Below are positions 28,601 to 37,392 of a stretch of DNA of 64,000 bases, piece after piece. The notes under the pieces are model-generated. The model searched no databases and had not been told where the DNA came from. It saw only the letters and a list, made by a program, of their open reading frames with translations. Position 1 is the stretch's first letter, and every line of letters starts with the position of its first letter. Made by a program: the position numbers and the translations under genes. Source of the stretch: Candidatus Gugararchaeum adminiculabundum (GTDB taxonomy: Archaea > Micrarchaeota > Micrarchaeia > Burarchaeales > Gugararchaeaceae); NCBI GenBank assembly GCA_902384795.1, contig CABMDC010000012.1:71970-135969 (forward strand), written 5' to 3'.

Positions 28601-31600
28601 GCGTGCCATCTGAATTTATGCGATAGAAGCTGGCAGTCACGTCTGGGATCGGAGTGCCGATGGGTTCTCTGGCAGTGAACAATGCAGATTTGCCGGCGCA
28701 TACTTTGTTGTCCAAGGTGAAATCCAATTTACAGGTGTTGCTTGCTTCACAGGTTTTGGGCGGATTGACAATGTCAATGGAGCAGCCGGTGAGTGTCTCC
28801 ACAGCGCTCACAATTGGATCGTACCCCGGCTTGCTGCATGAGCAATACCAGGAATGCGTATCATCGCTGAGGTTGCCCATGGTATAGGTATAACCAGTAT
28901 CGGTCTCGATTGTGCTGTGCGACGTTCCGTCCAGATAGACCGAACAGGTGGCGTAGGGCAAGTGATTTGGATATGAACCCGGTCCATATTTTACTCTGCC
29001 TTCAGCAGCAACGAAACGGGTCATGGAGAATGAAACATAAGAGGTATTTGTTCCGCCTGCTCCCATCATGAAAACCGTTGAGGAGGTAAAGTCAACACCT
29101 GTTATGAGCTGGTTAAGATGATTGCCAGGAGCGGAATAGGTGAGGTTGAGAACGTGAGTGTCTTCATTGTAATCAAAACTCAGATTGCCATCTTTGGCGG
29201 AATAGTTGCCGTAAGTTGGGCCAAAGGGCGTGAACTGGTTTGAACCGCTCGCATTGGTTACCATTATTATAAAGGTGACGGGTATGGCCGAATCGTTGAA
29301 GAAATAGACAGTGATTGCGTGGCCGGTCGTTGGGTCGGAAAGCATTAACGCCCCCATGGACCGATTTTGACCGTCAGGATTTGCGCGCAGGTCTGCGGAG
29401 ATATTGTCAAGCTCAAGGTGGTGGAGGTTTAATTGTGGCTGGAATGACACTAAGGCAAAGTCATTCTCTGTAGTCGAGGTCCCGTTGAAAACCAGGGCGC
29501 CATTTTGCTGGACCATCGTGACATTGGAACCTGCGCCGGCAACAGGAGACCAGTAATAGGGGTTCAGGTACGTGCTGTTGAAGTAATCTACATAAGCCTG
29601 CGGGTCAGATGACTTCTCCAAGAGCAGGATATTGCCGATTCCAAATTGCATCGAAGAACTGTTTGTTGCGCCGCTGATAATTTCGAATGTCGTGTTATCC
29701 GTGAAAGTCAACCCGCCAACGGTTAGGGCGTTTTGCGATAGAGAATCTGGATTCGTGTAGTTTATGACAAGCCAGTTCCGAACCCGGTCATAGGTGAGGG
29801 TGATTGTGTCGTTTACCGGAGCATAGGAGGTTAACTGGGCGTATGCCCCCTGGCCAAAGCCGTAGTATGAGCCGGTTGAGTTTACAACGTCAGAAATCAC
29901 CACAAATGGGATTGGCGGCATGCTGGTGGAATAATTTAAGGCAACAGGATATGAGTAACCGGGTGTAACATTGAAAGTGCTATTGAAAACCGAATCATTG
30001 AAAGTGAAATCATTGCCCACACCATGGCCGATTAAAGCGCTCTTGACAAATGCATAACAGGGAGCGTGAATCAAATTAGTGACATCGGAACAGTTCATAA
30101 GCCCGCAGGAGGAACTCCAGTAGACAGTGGTGTCGTCGAATGCAGGGAAGCCCGATGCATCTATGCAGGAAACATCATAACTCTCATCCGGATTTGCGCC
30201 TTGCAGCAATTCACCGTCATAACTTACTTCTTCTATGCTTGGGCTGGTTCCCATCCCAGTGGGGCAGGTGAGGAGGAACGTTACGCGGCCTGGGCCGGTA
30301 ATCCCATTGGTGCAGTCCCTGCCGTCTGTGGTAACAGGTGAAAACGAGGAGGAGTATCCAACGGATGCACCCGAATAGTTGATTAACATCACTGAAAGCT
30401 TGTTGCCATTTGACCCGTCATAGAGTTTCAACTGCACGTAGGAATAGTTTTCTGTGTCGGATGTGGCATTGAGCTGGATGGTAAGATTGCTTAGTTTTAT
30501 TATATAGGGCTGGAAGCTGTGATTGAATAATATGGAAGTGGAATCGCTCTCAGATGATGTCGAATCCACTGTTCCGTTGAAATAGAGGCGCCCGTCTTGA
30601 TAAATCGTGAGGTTGTTTCCCTGAACCGCGGGATCCCAAAGGTTTGGATTGATGGTAGTGCCTTCGAAATAATCTTGGTAGAGCGTGGACTGAACCGCGG
30701 CATGGTAATCGCAAGTAAATTCAGTCGTTGTGCTATTTCCTCCGTTATAGACCGTATCGCAATGAACGCCCATAAGAATTTCCGTGGTATTGGCAAAGTA
30801 CGGTTCAGCGCAGGTGTTTGTTTCGTCACAATAGCCAGTGCAGCAGGATTCGTTATCAGCGCACGGATCTGCAAGAGCCAGGCAATCGACACAGGTGTTG
30901 TTTAGGGGTTCACAGAGGTCTGAGCAGCAGGAAGAGTTGGTGGTGCAGGTGGTGCCATCCGGAATGCAGTCGCAAGTAAATGTGTCAAGGTTGCAAAAGT
31001 TAGAGCAGCATTGCGAGTTGTCATTGCACATTTCGCCTAGGGCGGTGCAATCGCAGATGCCGGTGAAAATGTTGCAGTACTCTGAGCAGCAGGATTCATT
31101 GGTAGTGCAGACAGTACCATCGGCATAGCAGTCACACTCACCTGAGGATAGATTGCAATAGCCCGTGCAGCAGTCGATGTTGCCGGTGCATGAATCTGTG
31201 GCAGGCAGACAGGAAACGCAGGTGCCGGACAGGGGATCGCAGAGGCCGGAGCAGCAGTCAGCGTTGCCGGTGCATGAATCTGCGAGCGCGAGGCAGGAAA
31301 CGCAGGTGTTGTTCAGTGGTTCGCAGAGGTTTGAGCAGCAATCTGTGTTGTTATCGCAGGGATTGGTGAGCGGCTGGCAGGCGCAAATGCCTCCGTCGCA
31401 GAAGTCAGTGCAGCAGGAAGCGTTGTCAGTGCAGGTGGTGCCAGTGGCATTGCATTGGCAGGTGTTTGTAGTGAGATTGCATGAACCAGAACAGCAGTCG
31501 AGATTGTCGATGCATCCGGCAGCAACTGGCAAACAGTCGACGCAGATGGCGGCGTAACATATGTCTGAACAGCAGGAGGCGTTTTCAGTGCATGAATCTG

Positions 31601-34600
31601 TGGCAGGCAAACAAGCGACACAGGTGCCGGAGATAGGATCGCATAGGCCAGAGCAGCAATCAGAGCCTGAAGTGCAGGCGGCGGTGTTAACTTTGCAGTC
31701 GCACTCGTTCGTTGCATTGCAATAATCAGTGCAGCACTCCGAATCTTGTGTGCAGGCTTCACCTATTCCATTGCAGTTGCCCTCTAATATTCCATATAGG
31801 GAGCCGGGAGTAAGGCCGTTGAGAGTAAGCGTGTTCGCCTGGGTATCGAGGGTTGCGTGCATCTCGACCCAGCCGCCAGCATCGTAGCGCCAAATATCAA
31901 AAGTGCCTTCTTTGTCAGCACTGGTGACTTCACTGTCATCCCAGGAGAAGACAACCGTGTCTATTGCGCCAGTGCCTGTTGCTGTGATGTTCACAAATTT
32001 CTGGCGGAAGGACACATAGTCAGTGGGCAGGGAAGTGCTGTTTGTCGCCCATTTGACCAGGTAACCATAGTTTGATTCGACATTATCGATTATCGAAATG
32101 CGCGTGAAGTTTGTGTAATTTCCATAGTAGGGATTGTCTATGTACATGTTTGAAAGCCGGATGTTGTCCATGGCACCGCCCGTTCGGACGATGTATAAAT
32201 CTCCTTGTGAATTGTTATAGAAATGGAAGTTCGAAGCATTCACATTGCTTGTGTCAAATAGCGCCATTCCGTAGCCAGTGTTGCTGAAGAGGGTGTTGTT
32301 GCTCATAATGAAACCAGAGCTGCTCATGATCCCTATGCCCTCAAGGCTGGTGCTGATGTTGTTTCCGGAGATTGTGGAATAGGAGGACAGGCTGCTTATG
32401 AAGCCGATGCCTGCGCCGGTCGAGCGAGTGATGGAATTATTGTAAATTGATAATTGACGGGAATCAATGGCGAAGACACCATAGCTGCTGTTTGAAATAT
32501 CGTTTCCGACTATGGTATTGTTATTCGGATTCGGGTGAACGGCGATGAGATAAATTGCAGAAGTGGTATTGGTGATATTGTTGTGTGTAATCAAGTCCAT
32601 CGGATGGTCCGCTATTATGTAAACGCCGGCCTGGAAACCGGTAATGTTGTTCCCGGATGCATATACTGAAGAATTGATATTTGCTATGGCAGCACCCGTT
32701 GCAGAGAGCGACCGGATGTCGTTATTGATCACGTTCATCTGGCCCCGCTGTACGAGGACAAACGGAACCTCATGACCGCTAAATGAAAGCCCGTTGAAAA
32801 ATATTGAATAGACGGACATGCCATAGTCTGCGGACACATTAATGGAATTGTCCTGGACAGTGAAGACGCCGGCGTAATCCAGAGCCAGCTTGCCATGGGA
32901 AACTATCTTGCTGTCGGTGATAGCTACAATAACGTTCATCAGCCCATAGAACCCTGCGTAGGAGTTGTTTCCGCCATTGCTATAGTAGATAGTGTTGTTC
33001 GAGAAAGTAGCGCGGGTGCTCCAGACATCGGGGCCAGGGGGCGTACCGCCCATGAACATGACGACAAGCAGATATCCCAGCCCTCCAGTCAGCGGATTTG
33101 CGGTTTCCATATACGCAGCATCGCTGGATGTGATGTTAAAGTAGCTGTCATAAACAGTCGCATTGCTGAGGTCTTCAAGTACGATTGTAGCTTTTTTCTC
33201 GAAATCACTGTCATGCAAAATAACCGTTGCATTGTAAACATGAATCGAAGCCGGCAGAGGACCGAGACTGCCACCCAGAAGCGGAGTCCCCAGGGAAGCG
33301 GAATTGTTTGTGTCAAAAAGAAATGAGACATTTGTAATTTGGTGGTTGTTGTAGAAGAGGATTCCATAGGCGCAGTCGTGGATTTCGTTTTGGTATGCTG
33401 CCTCGCTGTATAGCATATTGTCATCTACGCCCTCCCCTCCGTAGAAAAACCTGTCACTTGCCGTAGTATCAATGCCGTAGGTAAAGCTTGATTCATTGCA
33501 GCGTATGATAGCATTCTCCAGGCGGAGCGTGTTATTGGAATGTATCACCGCATAGTAGAGATCGTTCCGGGAGGTTATAGGGCTTATCACGCCATTGTAA
33601 AACTTAACCATATCACCGCCAGTCATGTCAATGGCGGTCATATTGGGGAACCGGCGCGATATGCTATCAAGCTGACAGCCGCCCACGCCTCCACAACCAA
33701 TACGGTTGTATTGTGGAGAGCCGATTGCGAGATTGATTTCAGAATCTATCAAAGTGAGGTTGGAATTAGCCATGAAAACGGCGAGGTATTCAGGGTAAAT
33801 AGTGTGACCGTATTCGTAGTTGAGGAAGTACGTTAGATGGGTGCCCCAGCTAAAACCATCGTAGAGATCGGTTCCGCCCGTAAAAGAGTGATAATAGGTA
33901 GGGAGTTGACGTGGAATGCCTATTGTAACGTCAGTTAAAATGGCTTCGGCTTTGTCCACGCTAAGCCCTATGGTTACGTTTGAATTAGATAGAGACAATG
34001 CGTTAGGCTGGCGGATTCCGGGGATATATGTTGAAGACTGCGGACCACTACCCGCCCCGTAGGCATTCTCCGCGATGTAAGCATTGCCGATGATTGAATT
34101 CGTGACTGTGACAAGTTGAGTGCCCCGCAACACACTGAAATCGCCAGCGATTTCTGAATTGTCAACAGTAATTGTTGTGGCAGGCGTTGCGCTGTTCCAG
34201 CAGGTTGTTGCCTCGAAACTGCCCAATATGCTGTCGGATACATCGGCGTCTGCATGGTCAACTGACACACCGCTCGCAGAGTCTCCGGTGTAGAGGGTCG
34301 CGCTTGGATTGACGTCTTCCACTGAGATGCTGGCTTTATTCCAGCCGTACAGGCAGCTGCGGGACTGCTCTCCGCAATTCGCGTTTCCAGTGGTGTTGAA
34401 AACAAGGGCATTGCAATTGGCCGTGTCTTGGGCATTTCGGGCGTAGTAAAGGCAGAAATTGCGTATAGCAGCATATGAATTGCTTAGGCACCAGTTGTAT
34501 TCGTCGTCACTGCGAGTGCCAGAAGTTAAACTGACACCGCTGGTTGTTTCTAGACCGGAAATGCTGGCGGACGTGCCTCCGCCTTCTTTGTCTTTTATGG

Positions 34601-35408
34601 TAACGCTAGAAGCGCGGCCAGTGACGTCCACTGTGTTAGCCCGCTGAATATTGATGGAAGTTTCGAGATTTGGGCCGTTATAGCTGGGGGTTGGGTCATA
34701 ATCAATATAGGTAATGTCAGGGGTCGTGGAACCGCCGGCATAGCAGTAGCCGCACTCGTTTGTTATTACATTATCACTGCCTGCGCTATTTACACTACTA
34801 CTGCCTTCTTCCCAATAGCTAACGACATTGCTCTGTGAGAAATTCATTGGGCCGCCGCCGCATATTACCTTGTCTCCTGGTGCGCTATTGGGAGTACAAG
34901 AGTCCGGATGAGGGCAATCGGAATAGGCGCACTGCCAATATTCGACTGAAGCGTTTCGACCGTAATACCCGTTGCAACTAGATAGAAATTGGTCTTCTGT
35001 TTCGCAACCTCTAATTGCGTCTCTCATCGTATTGTAACTGCTAGGAGAGTTAGTTTGATAACGCGACAGGGCGGTGCAATCGACTTGATAGTAAGTGTAA
35101 TGGCCACCCCAGCCATCAGGTACTTGGTAGGAGGAAGAAAAGGCGCTCGGCAGGGAGTAGTCGTTGGAACGTCCGCAGACACATCCGTAAGTTCCGCAAC
35201 TTTCTTCCACTTGCTTGTCAGCTGGCACAGTGCATGTATTGGCGCAACCACTAGAATGCCAGGAAGCGTAGGTAGAGGCGACACATCCACCTGAGGAATA
35301 GGGGTCGCTGGGAGTATAGTAAGTACATGTTGCAAAGGAAACGGGCGTCAAAGCTATGAGAATGAAAAAGAGGAAATACACTGCAGGCAGCAGCTTTTTT
35401 CCCATCAT
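25695..35408 (-). CDS. giant secreted cell-surface protein (3237 aa): signal peptide, beta-helix-like repeats, two Cys-rich tandem module arrays, C-terminal TM anchor
   Basis: Single uninterrupted 9714-nt ORF. N-terminus MMGKKLLPAVYFLFFILIALTPVSFA. PbH1-like repeats (NNITGFQAGVYII, NNITNTTSAIYLIA, GNDISNSSYGVFAI, YNNSITRSTGAGIGF...). About 12 modules of CxDNxDCCSGxCxxxxxTC. About 16 modules of GGxxxxDGSCCFGxxVxGKCTTCE. Dense NxT/S sequons. C-terminal helices LWTLLIVLSATAAY and FGVFGVPLVVGFVSIVFIGVAVALTEIAAFAL. Confidence 0.7.
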   Translation of the reverse strand: MMGKKLLPAVYFLFFILIALTPVSFATCTYYTPSDPYSSGGCVASTYASWHSSGCANTCTVPADKQVEESCGTYGCVCGRSNDYSLPSAFSSSYQVPDGWGGHYTYYQVDCTALSRYQTNSPSSYNTMRDAIRGCETEDQFLSSCNGYYGRNASVEYWQCAYSDCPHPDSCTPNSAPGDKVICGGGPMNFSQSNVVSYWEEGSSSVNSAGSDNVITNECGYCYAGGSTTPDITYIDYDPTPSYNGPNLETSINIQRANTVDVTGRASSVTIKDKEGGGTSASISGLETTSGVSLTSGTRSDDEYNWCLSNSYAAIRNFCLYYARNAQDTANCNALVFNTTGNANCGEQSRSCLYGWNKASISVEDVNPSATLYTGDSASGVSVDHADADVSDSILGSFEATTCWNSATPATTITVDNSEIAGDFSVLRGTQLVTVTNSIIGNAYIAENAYGAGSGPQSSTYIPGIRQPNALSLSNSNVTIGLSVDKAEAILTDVTIGIPRQLPTYYHSFTGGTDLYDGFSWGTHLTYFLNYEYGHTIYPEYLAVFMANSNLTLIDSEINLAIGSPQYNRIGCGGVGGCQLDSISRRFPNMTAIDMTGGDMVKFYNGVISPITSRNDLYYAVIHSNNTLRLENAIIRCNESSFTYGIDTTASDRFFYGGEGVDDNMLYSEAAYQNEIHDCAYGILFYNNHQITNVSFLFDTNNSASLGTPLLGGSLGPLPASIHVYNATVILHDSDFEKKATIVLEDLSNATVYDSYFNITSSDAAYMETANPLTGGLGYLLVVMFMGGTPPGPDVWSTRATFSNNTIYYSNGGNNSYAGFYGLMNVIVAITDSKIVSHGKLALDYAGVFTVQDNSINVSADYGMSVYSIFFNGLSFSGHEVPFVLVQRGQMNVINNDIRSLSATGAAIANINSSVYASGNNITGFQAGVYIIADHPMDLITHNNITNTTSAIYLIAVHPNPNNNTIVGNDISNSSYGVFAIDSRQLSIYNNSITRSTGAGIGFISSLSSYSTISGNNISTSLEGIGIMSSSGFIMSNNTLFSNTGYGMALFDTSNVNASNFHFYNNSQGDLYIVRTGGAMDNIRLSNMYIDNPYYGNYTNFTRISIIDNVESNYGYLVKWATNSTSLPTDYVSFRQKFVNITATGTGAIDTVVFSWDDSEVTSADKEGTFDIWRYDAGGWVEMHATLDTQANTLTLNGLTPGSLYGILEGNCNGIGEACTQDSECCTDYCNATNECDCKVNTAACTSGSDCCSGLCDPISGTCVACLPATDSCTENASCCSDICYAAICVDCLPVAAGCIDNLDCCSGSCNLTTNTCQCNATGTTCTDNASCCTDFCDGGICACQPLTNPCDNNTDCCSNLCEPLNNTCVSCLALADSCTGNADCCSGLCDPLSGTCVSCLPATDSCTGNIDCCTGYCNLSSGECDCYADGTVCTTNESCCSEYCNIFTGICDCTALGEMCNDNSQCCSNFCNLDTFTCDCIPDGTTCTTNSSCCSDLCEPLNNTCVDCLALADPCADNESCCTGYCDETNTCAEPYFANTTEILMGVHCDTVYNGGNSTTTEFTCDYHAAVQSTLYQDYFEGTTINPNLWDPAVQGNNLTIYQDGRLYFNGTVDSTSSESDSTSILFNHSFQPYIIKLSNLTIQLNATSDTENYSYVQLKLYDGSNGNKLSVMLINYSGASVGYSSSFSPVTTDGRDCTNGITGPGRVTFLLTCPTGMGTSPSIEEVSYDGELLQGANPDESYDVSCIDASGFPAFDDTTVYWSSSCGLMNCSDVTNLIHAPCYAFVKSALIGHGVGNDFTFNDSVFNSTFNVTPGYSYPVALNYSTSMPPIPFVVISDVVNSTGSYYGFGQGAYAQLTSYAPVNDTITLTYDRVRNWLVINYTNPDSLSQNALTVGGLTFTDNTTFEIISGATNSSSMQFGIGNILLLEKSSDPQAYVDYFNSTYLNPYYWSPVAGAGSNVTMVQQNGALVFNGTSTTENDFALVSFQPQLNLHHLELDNISADLRANPDGQNRSMGALMLSDPTTGHAITVYFFNDSAIPVTFIIMVTNASGSNQFTPFGPTYGNYSAKDGNLSFDYNEDTHVLNLTYSAPGNHLNQLITGVDFTSSTVFMMGAGGTNTSYVSFSMTRFVAAEGRVKYGPGSYPNHLPYATCSVYLDGTSHSTIETDTGYTYTMGNLSDDTHSWYCSCSKPGYDPIVSAVETLTGCSIDIVNPPKTCEASNTCKLDFTLDNKVCAGKSALFTAREPIGTPIPDVTASFYRINSDGTLTPVPSLGSTFTTGSDGNLTFTPDLPGKYIALVAKPHYASKSINFEIAECPVNLTCDAYACPDLDVGEFSSNIIVTCDQRPIGVALISCMPGDPAIPVSFDNTFTASRTCTYPQVNEKTIFAARATVEEIPEQAKNVAVTDLPNPSGCSLTVTPLEGAVPFTATAVFTCPSCVKNSDVVFTCEDGGKQFVSSFDVDCNAAIACSYTCEDKGAVTAPDGSCCFGNLVNGECNKSLELATRGRQTLSLSAATQVSLADTSDIYGGATTCAIPQKKKVTVIVDTCEGLGGTTMSDGSCCLTGECKCVAKGDAYIDGVCRNCTSSDVGGDYLKSDACCVGDGCDKCKVDGGTIECPDCVSTGGTLLSDGSCCTPPNTVIDGKCMSVCPTGETTMPDGTCCATQVVNGQCEPSCTNPPCTCEDKGGVTMPDGSCCLTQIVDGQCASCTDPPCPTCEEKGGVPLADGTCCFDKVVNGVCTNCEKLGGTPMPDGSCCHGKIVNGKCSNCEQNGGVTLPDGTCKNCAYDLYGKFIGYDACCIGEGCKTCEQKGGVPLADGTCCTTGDCKTCEQKGGVPLADGTCCFTNVVNGKCEPTCTNPPCPTCEDLGAKTTDDGSCCFGQLVDGKCTTCEKLGGKTQADNSCCFGNIIDGKCTTCEGLGGATLPSGSCCFGQIFNGKCSNKCAPNCERLGGTPAVDGTCCFGQLVDGKCTTCEKLGGQMTDDNTCCFGSVVNGKCVAAIQVLSTEASNFQTLWFGAAATKAPPTDSSAAPATKIQALWFGSATSAPSALAFAGSNNAYTATVTLIPLGKSLGSTCSQNSDCCLGSCENGFCKIPKPCKSIGSGCDTSGQCCAGSACSQNVCRQCSGIGKSCSITGDCCIGYCSENKCVEGPKGSKLVSIPDWLNTSLWTLLIVLSATAAYSARKEPFKLVPFGVFGVPLVVGFVSIVFIGVAVALTEIAAFALREKNPLKELL
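26400..27600 (-). repeat. intragenic tandem repeats (about 90-nt unit) encoding GGxxxxDGSCCFGxxVNGKC modules, some copies near-identical at DNA level
   Basis: For example, gccgagcttttcgcaggtggtgcacttgccatcaactagctgcccaaagcagca occurs at about 26466 and about 26728 almost identically. A 50-nt duplicate at about 26877 and 26942 encodes KTCEQKGGVPLADGTCC twice. Confidence 0.6.
30800..31790 (-). repeat. intragenic tandem repeats (about 99-nt unit) encoding CxDNxDCCSGxC knottin-like modules
   Basis: The protein shows 12 consecutive modules such as CTDNASCCTDFCDGGIC, CDNNTDCCSNLCEPLNNTC and CTGNADCCSGLCDPLSGTC. Antisense ORFs in the track are themselves repetitive. Confidence 0.6.
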
Positions 35409-35743
35409 GTGTATCTGCTCCTTAGCGCTCGATAATCAGGAGGCGCGGGCATCTTATCTGTAGGCCCTGTTTGGTTATAAGTAAGAACCTGTTGAATTGA
35501 TGCTTCCTGCTCTTGGATTAATTGCGGATTGGGTTGGGGCAATGGCAGAAGCGATGAAACAGCGGATTTTGTCCCTTGCCCTGCCTGCCCGGCACCGTCG
35601 TCGTCTGAAACAAGAGCATTGGCAGCAGGCGAAGATTGGGTGAAAGAAAAGGAGATGTATAACAGTGAGATTACGACGATGGAGACTAATAGGCAGATAA
35701 CTAATAGCGAACGGCTATAAGTAAGACCTTTGACCACACGCAT
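35405..35743 (-). CDS. small single-TM protein, first gene of the giant-protein operon
   Basis: TM helix SLLVICLLVSIVVISLLYISF followed by a Gln/Pro-rich tail. Its stop overlaps the giant gene start by 4 nt (ATGA). Confidence 0.45.
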   Translation of the reverse strand: MRVVKGLTYSRSLLVICLLVSIVVISLLYISFSFTQSSPAANALVSDDDGAGQAGQGTKSAVSSLLPLPQPNPQLIQEQEASIQQVLTYNQTGPTDKMPAPPDYRALRSRYT

Positions 35744-35814
35744 CGAATTTGCTTTTAAACATGCGAGTATTTAAATATTTCTGAAATCGTTCAGAAGGTA
35801 AAGGGAGTGGAAGG

Positions 35815-36897
35815 ATGGGAGTGCACGAAAAGATCCGCGAAATTGAGGAAGAGATGGCGCGAACGCAGGTCAACAAGGCTACTGAAAGGCATCTGGGCCT
35901 GCTGAAAGCGAAGTTGGCAAAATTGAAAAAAGAGATAATTGGAGGAAAGGGAAGCAAAAAAACAGGAAGCTCGGGATTTGACGTAAAAAAAAGCGGTGAC
36001 TCGACAGTTGTCCTGATTGGATTGCCGAGCGTGGGTAAAAGCACAATCCTGAACAAGATGACAAAGCAGCAGTCTAAGGTCGCTGCCTATGCGTTCACAA
36101 CTCTCACAGTGATCCCGGGAATTTTCGAGTATAAGGGAGCAAAAATCCAGATTCTGGATTTGCCGGGAATCATCAGCGGCGCGAAAGAGGGCGCTGGACG
36201 CGGAAGGGAAATTCTGTCAGTTGCAAGAAGCGCGGATTTGATTATGATAATTCTGGACGTGTTCCACCCGAACATCAAAACCATTCTGGACGAGCTGGAA
36301 GGATTCGGGATCCGCCTGAACCAGAAGCCGCCCAATGTGGTGATTACGAAAAAGCAGAAGGGCGGAATCACTGTGAACCGCACGGTGAAGACCACGAAAT
36401 TGGATGACAAAACAATTGAGGATGTCCTTGGGGAATACGGGATGCACAGCGCGGACGTGGTTATCCGCCAGGATGTTTCGGTCGATGAATTCATTGACGT
36501 GGTGGTGGGAAACCGCGAGTATATTCCGGCAATCACCGTGCTGAACAAGGTGGATTTGGTGAGCAGGGATTATTTGAAGCAGGTAAAATTTTCCTATCTT
36601 CCTGTCGCTGCCGAGAAAAATTTCAACATTGACAAGCTGAAGGATGCGGTTTATGACGGGCTTGACCTGATCCGCGTTTACACAAAACCCAGGATGGGGG
36701 AGGCGGACATGAAAGAGCCCATGATTGTGCGCAGCGGAATTACGGTGGCGGAATTCTGCGACCGGCTGCACAGGGACCTGAGAAAAAATTTCAAGTACGC
36801 GCAAATTTGGGGAACGAGCGCGCGGTTCCAGGGGCAGAAAGTCGGCATTGAGCACAGGCTTAAAGACGGGGATATTGTGACGATTGTAGCAAGATAA
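35815..36897 (+). CDS. developmentally regulated GTP-binding protein (DRG/Obg-family GTPase with C-terminal TGS domain)
   Basis: G1 GLPSVGKST, G3 LDLPGII, G4 NKVD, and a C-terminal TGS-like region (LIRVYTKP...GDIVTIV). TATA TATTTAAATATT lies about 35 nt upstream. Confidence 0.8.
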   Translation: MGVHEKIREIEEEMARTQVNKATERHLGLLKAKLAKLKKEIIGGKGSKKTGSSGFDVKKSGDSTVVLIGLPSVGKSTILNKMTKQQSKVAAYAFTTLTVIPGIFEYKGAKIQILDLPGIISGAKEGAGRGREILSVARSADLIMIILDVFHPNIKTILDELEGFGIRLNQKPPNVVITKKQKGGITVNRTVKTTKLDDKTIEDVLGEYGMHSADVVIRQDVSVDEFIDVVVGNREYIPAITVLNKVDLVSRDYLKQVKFSYLPVAAEKNFNIDKLKDAVYDGLDLIRVYTKPRMGEADMKEPMIVRSGITVAEFCDRLHRDLRKNFKYAQIWGTSARFQGQKVGIEHRLKDGDIVTIVAR

Positions 36898-36904
36898 AAA
36901 TTAC

Positions 36905-37030
36905 AATAGGTAGCAACACCCGCAAATGCGGCGCGCCTTCCCGGAAAGGCGCGGTTTGCGCTCGGGCGCAAACCTGGAGCCGCGCGGTGTTGCTGCGAAA
37001 ACTGAGGCACACGACAGCGAGCGTGTAGTT
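36905..37030 (+). other. GC-rich nested-hairpin element downstream of DRG (candidate structured RNA or terminator structure)
   Basis: AGCAACACC...GGTGTTGCT outer stem enclosing CGCAAA..TTTGCG and GGCGCGCC..GGCGCG inner stems. Local GC far above genome average. An ORF from ATG 36926 would translate it into an Arg-rich peptide. Confidence 0.2.
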
Positions 37031-37066
37031 GCGAGAAAAAATAATGATGGAAATTTTGGTGGTTGC

Positions 37067-37321
37067 ATGAGCAAGATTGCTGAAATAAAAAAAGTGAAAG
37101 AATGGTGCAAGAAAATCAAGGCTGAAAGAAACCGCGTCTATGCGATTGAAAGAAATCCGTTCCAGGAGGAAATTTCCTGGATGAGAAGGTTCACGAAAAT
37201 AGAAATCGACCGGCCGCAGTCCATTGCCGACAAATATTCGCTTCTTTATGATTCGGCCACTGATTCGCTCTATGAGTACATAAATAATTCCTGGAGAAAA
37301 GTTTCTGAAATAGAATTTTAA
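37067..37321 (+). CDS. small hypothetical protein (84 aa)
   Basis: In-frame ATG with GGTGG SD-like sequence 5 nt upstream. Product MSKIAEIKKVKEWCKKIKAERNRVYAIERNPFQEEISWMRRF... Confidence 0.3.
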   Translation: MSKIAEIKKVKEWCKKIKAERNRVYAIERNPFQEEISWMRRFTKIEIDRPQSIADKYSLLYDSATDSLYEYINNSWRKVSEIEF

Positions 37322-37392
37322 TTTATTTATTTTCTTGTTTTGTTTTTGATTTATATTTTTTTATTTTTTGAAATGGAAAACGAAAAAGAGAA

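Noticed and set aside
36926-37066. ATG at 36926 as start of the 131-aa ORF
   Set aside because: The first 47 codons run through the GC-rich hairpin element and give an Arg/Gly-rich peptide. The in-frame ATG at 37067 has a GGTGG SD and looks like the true start.
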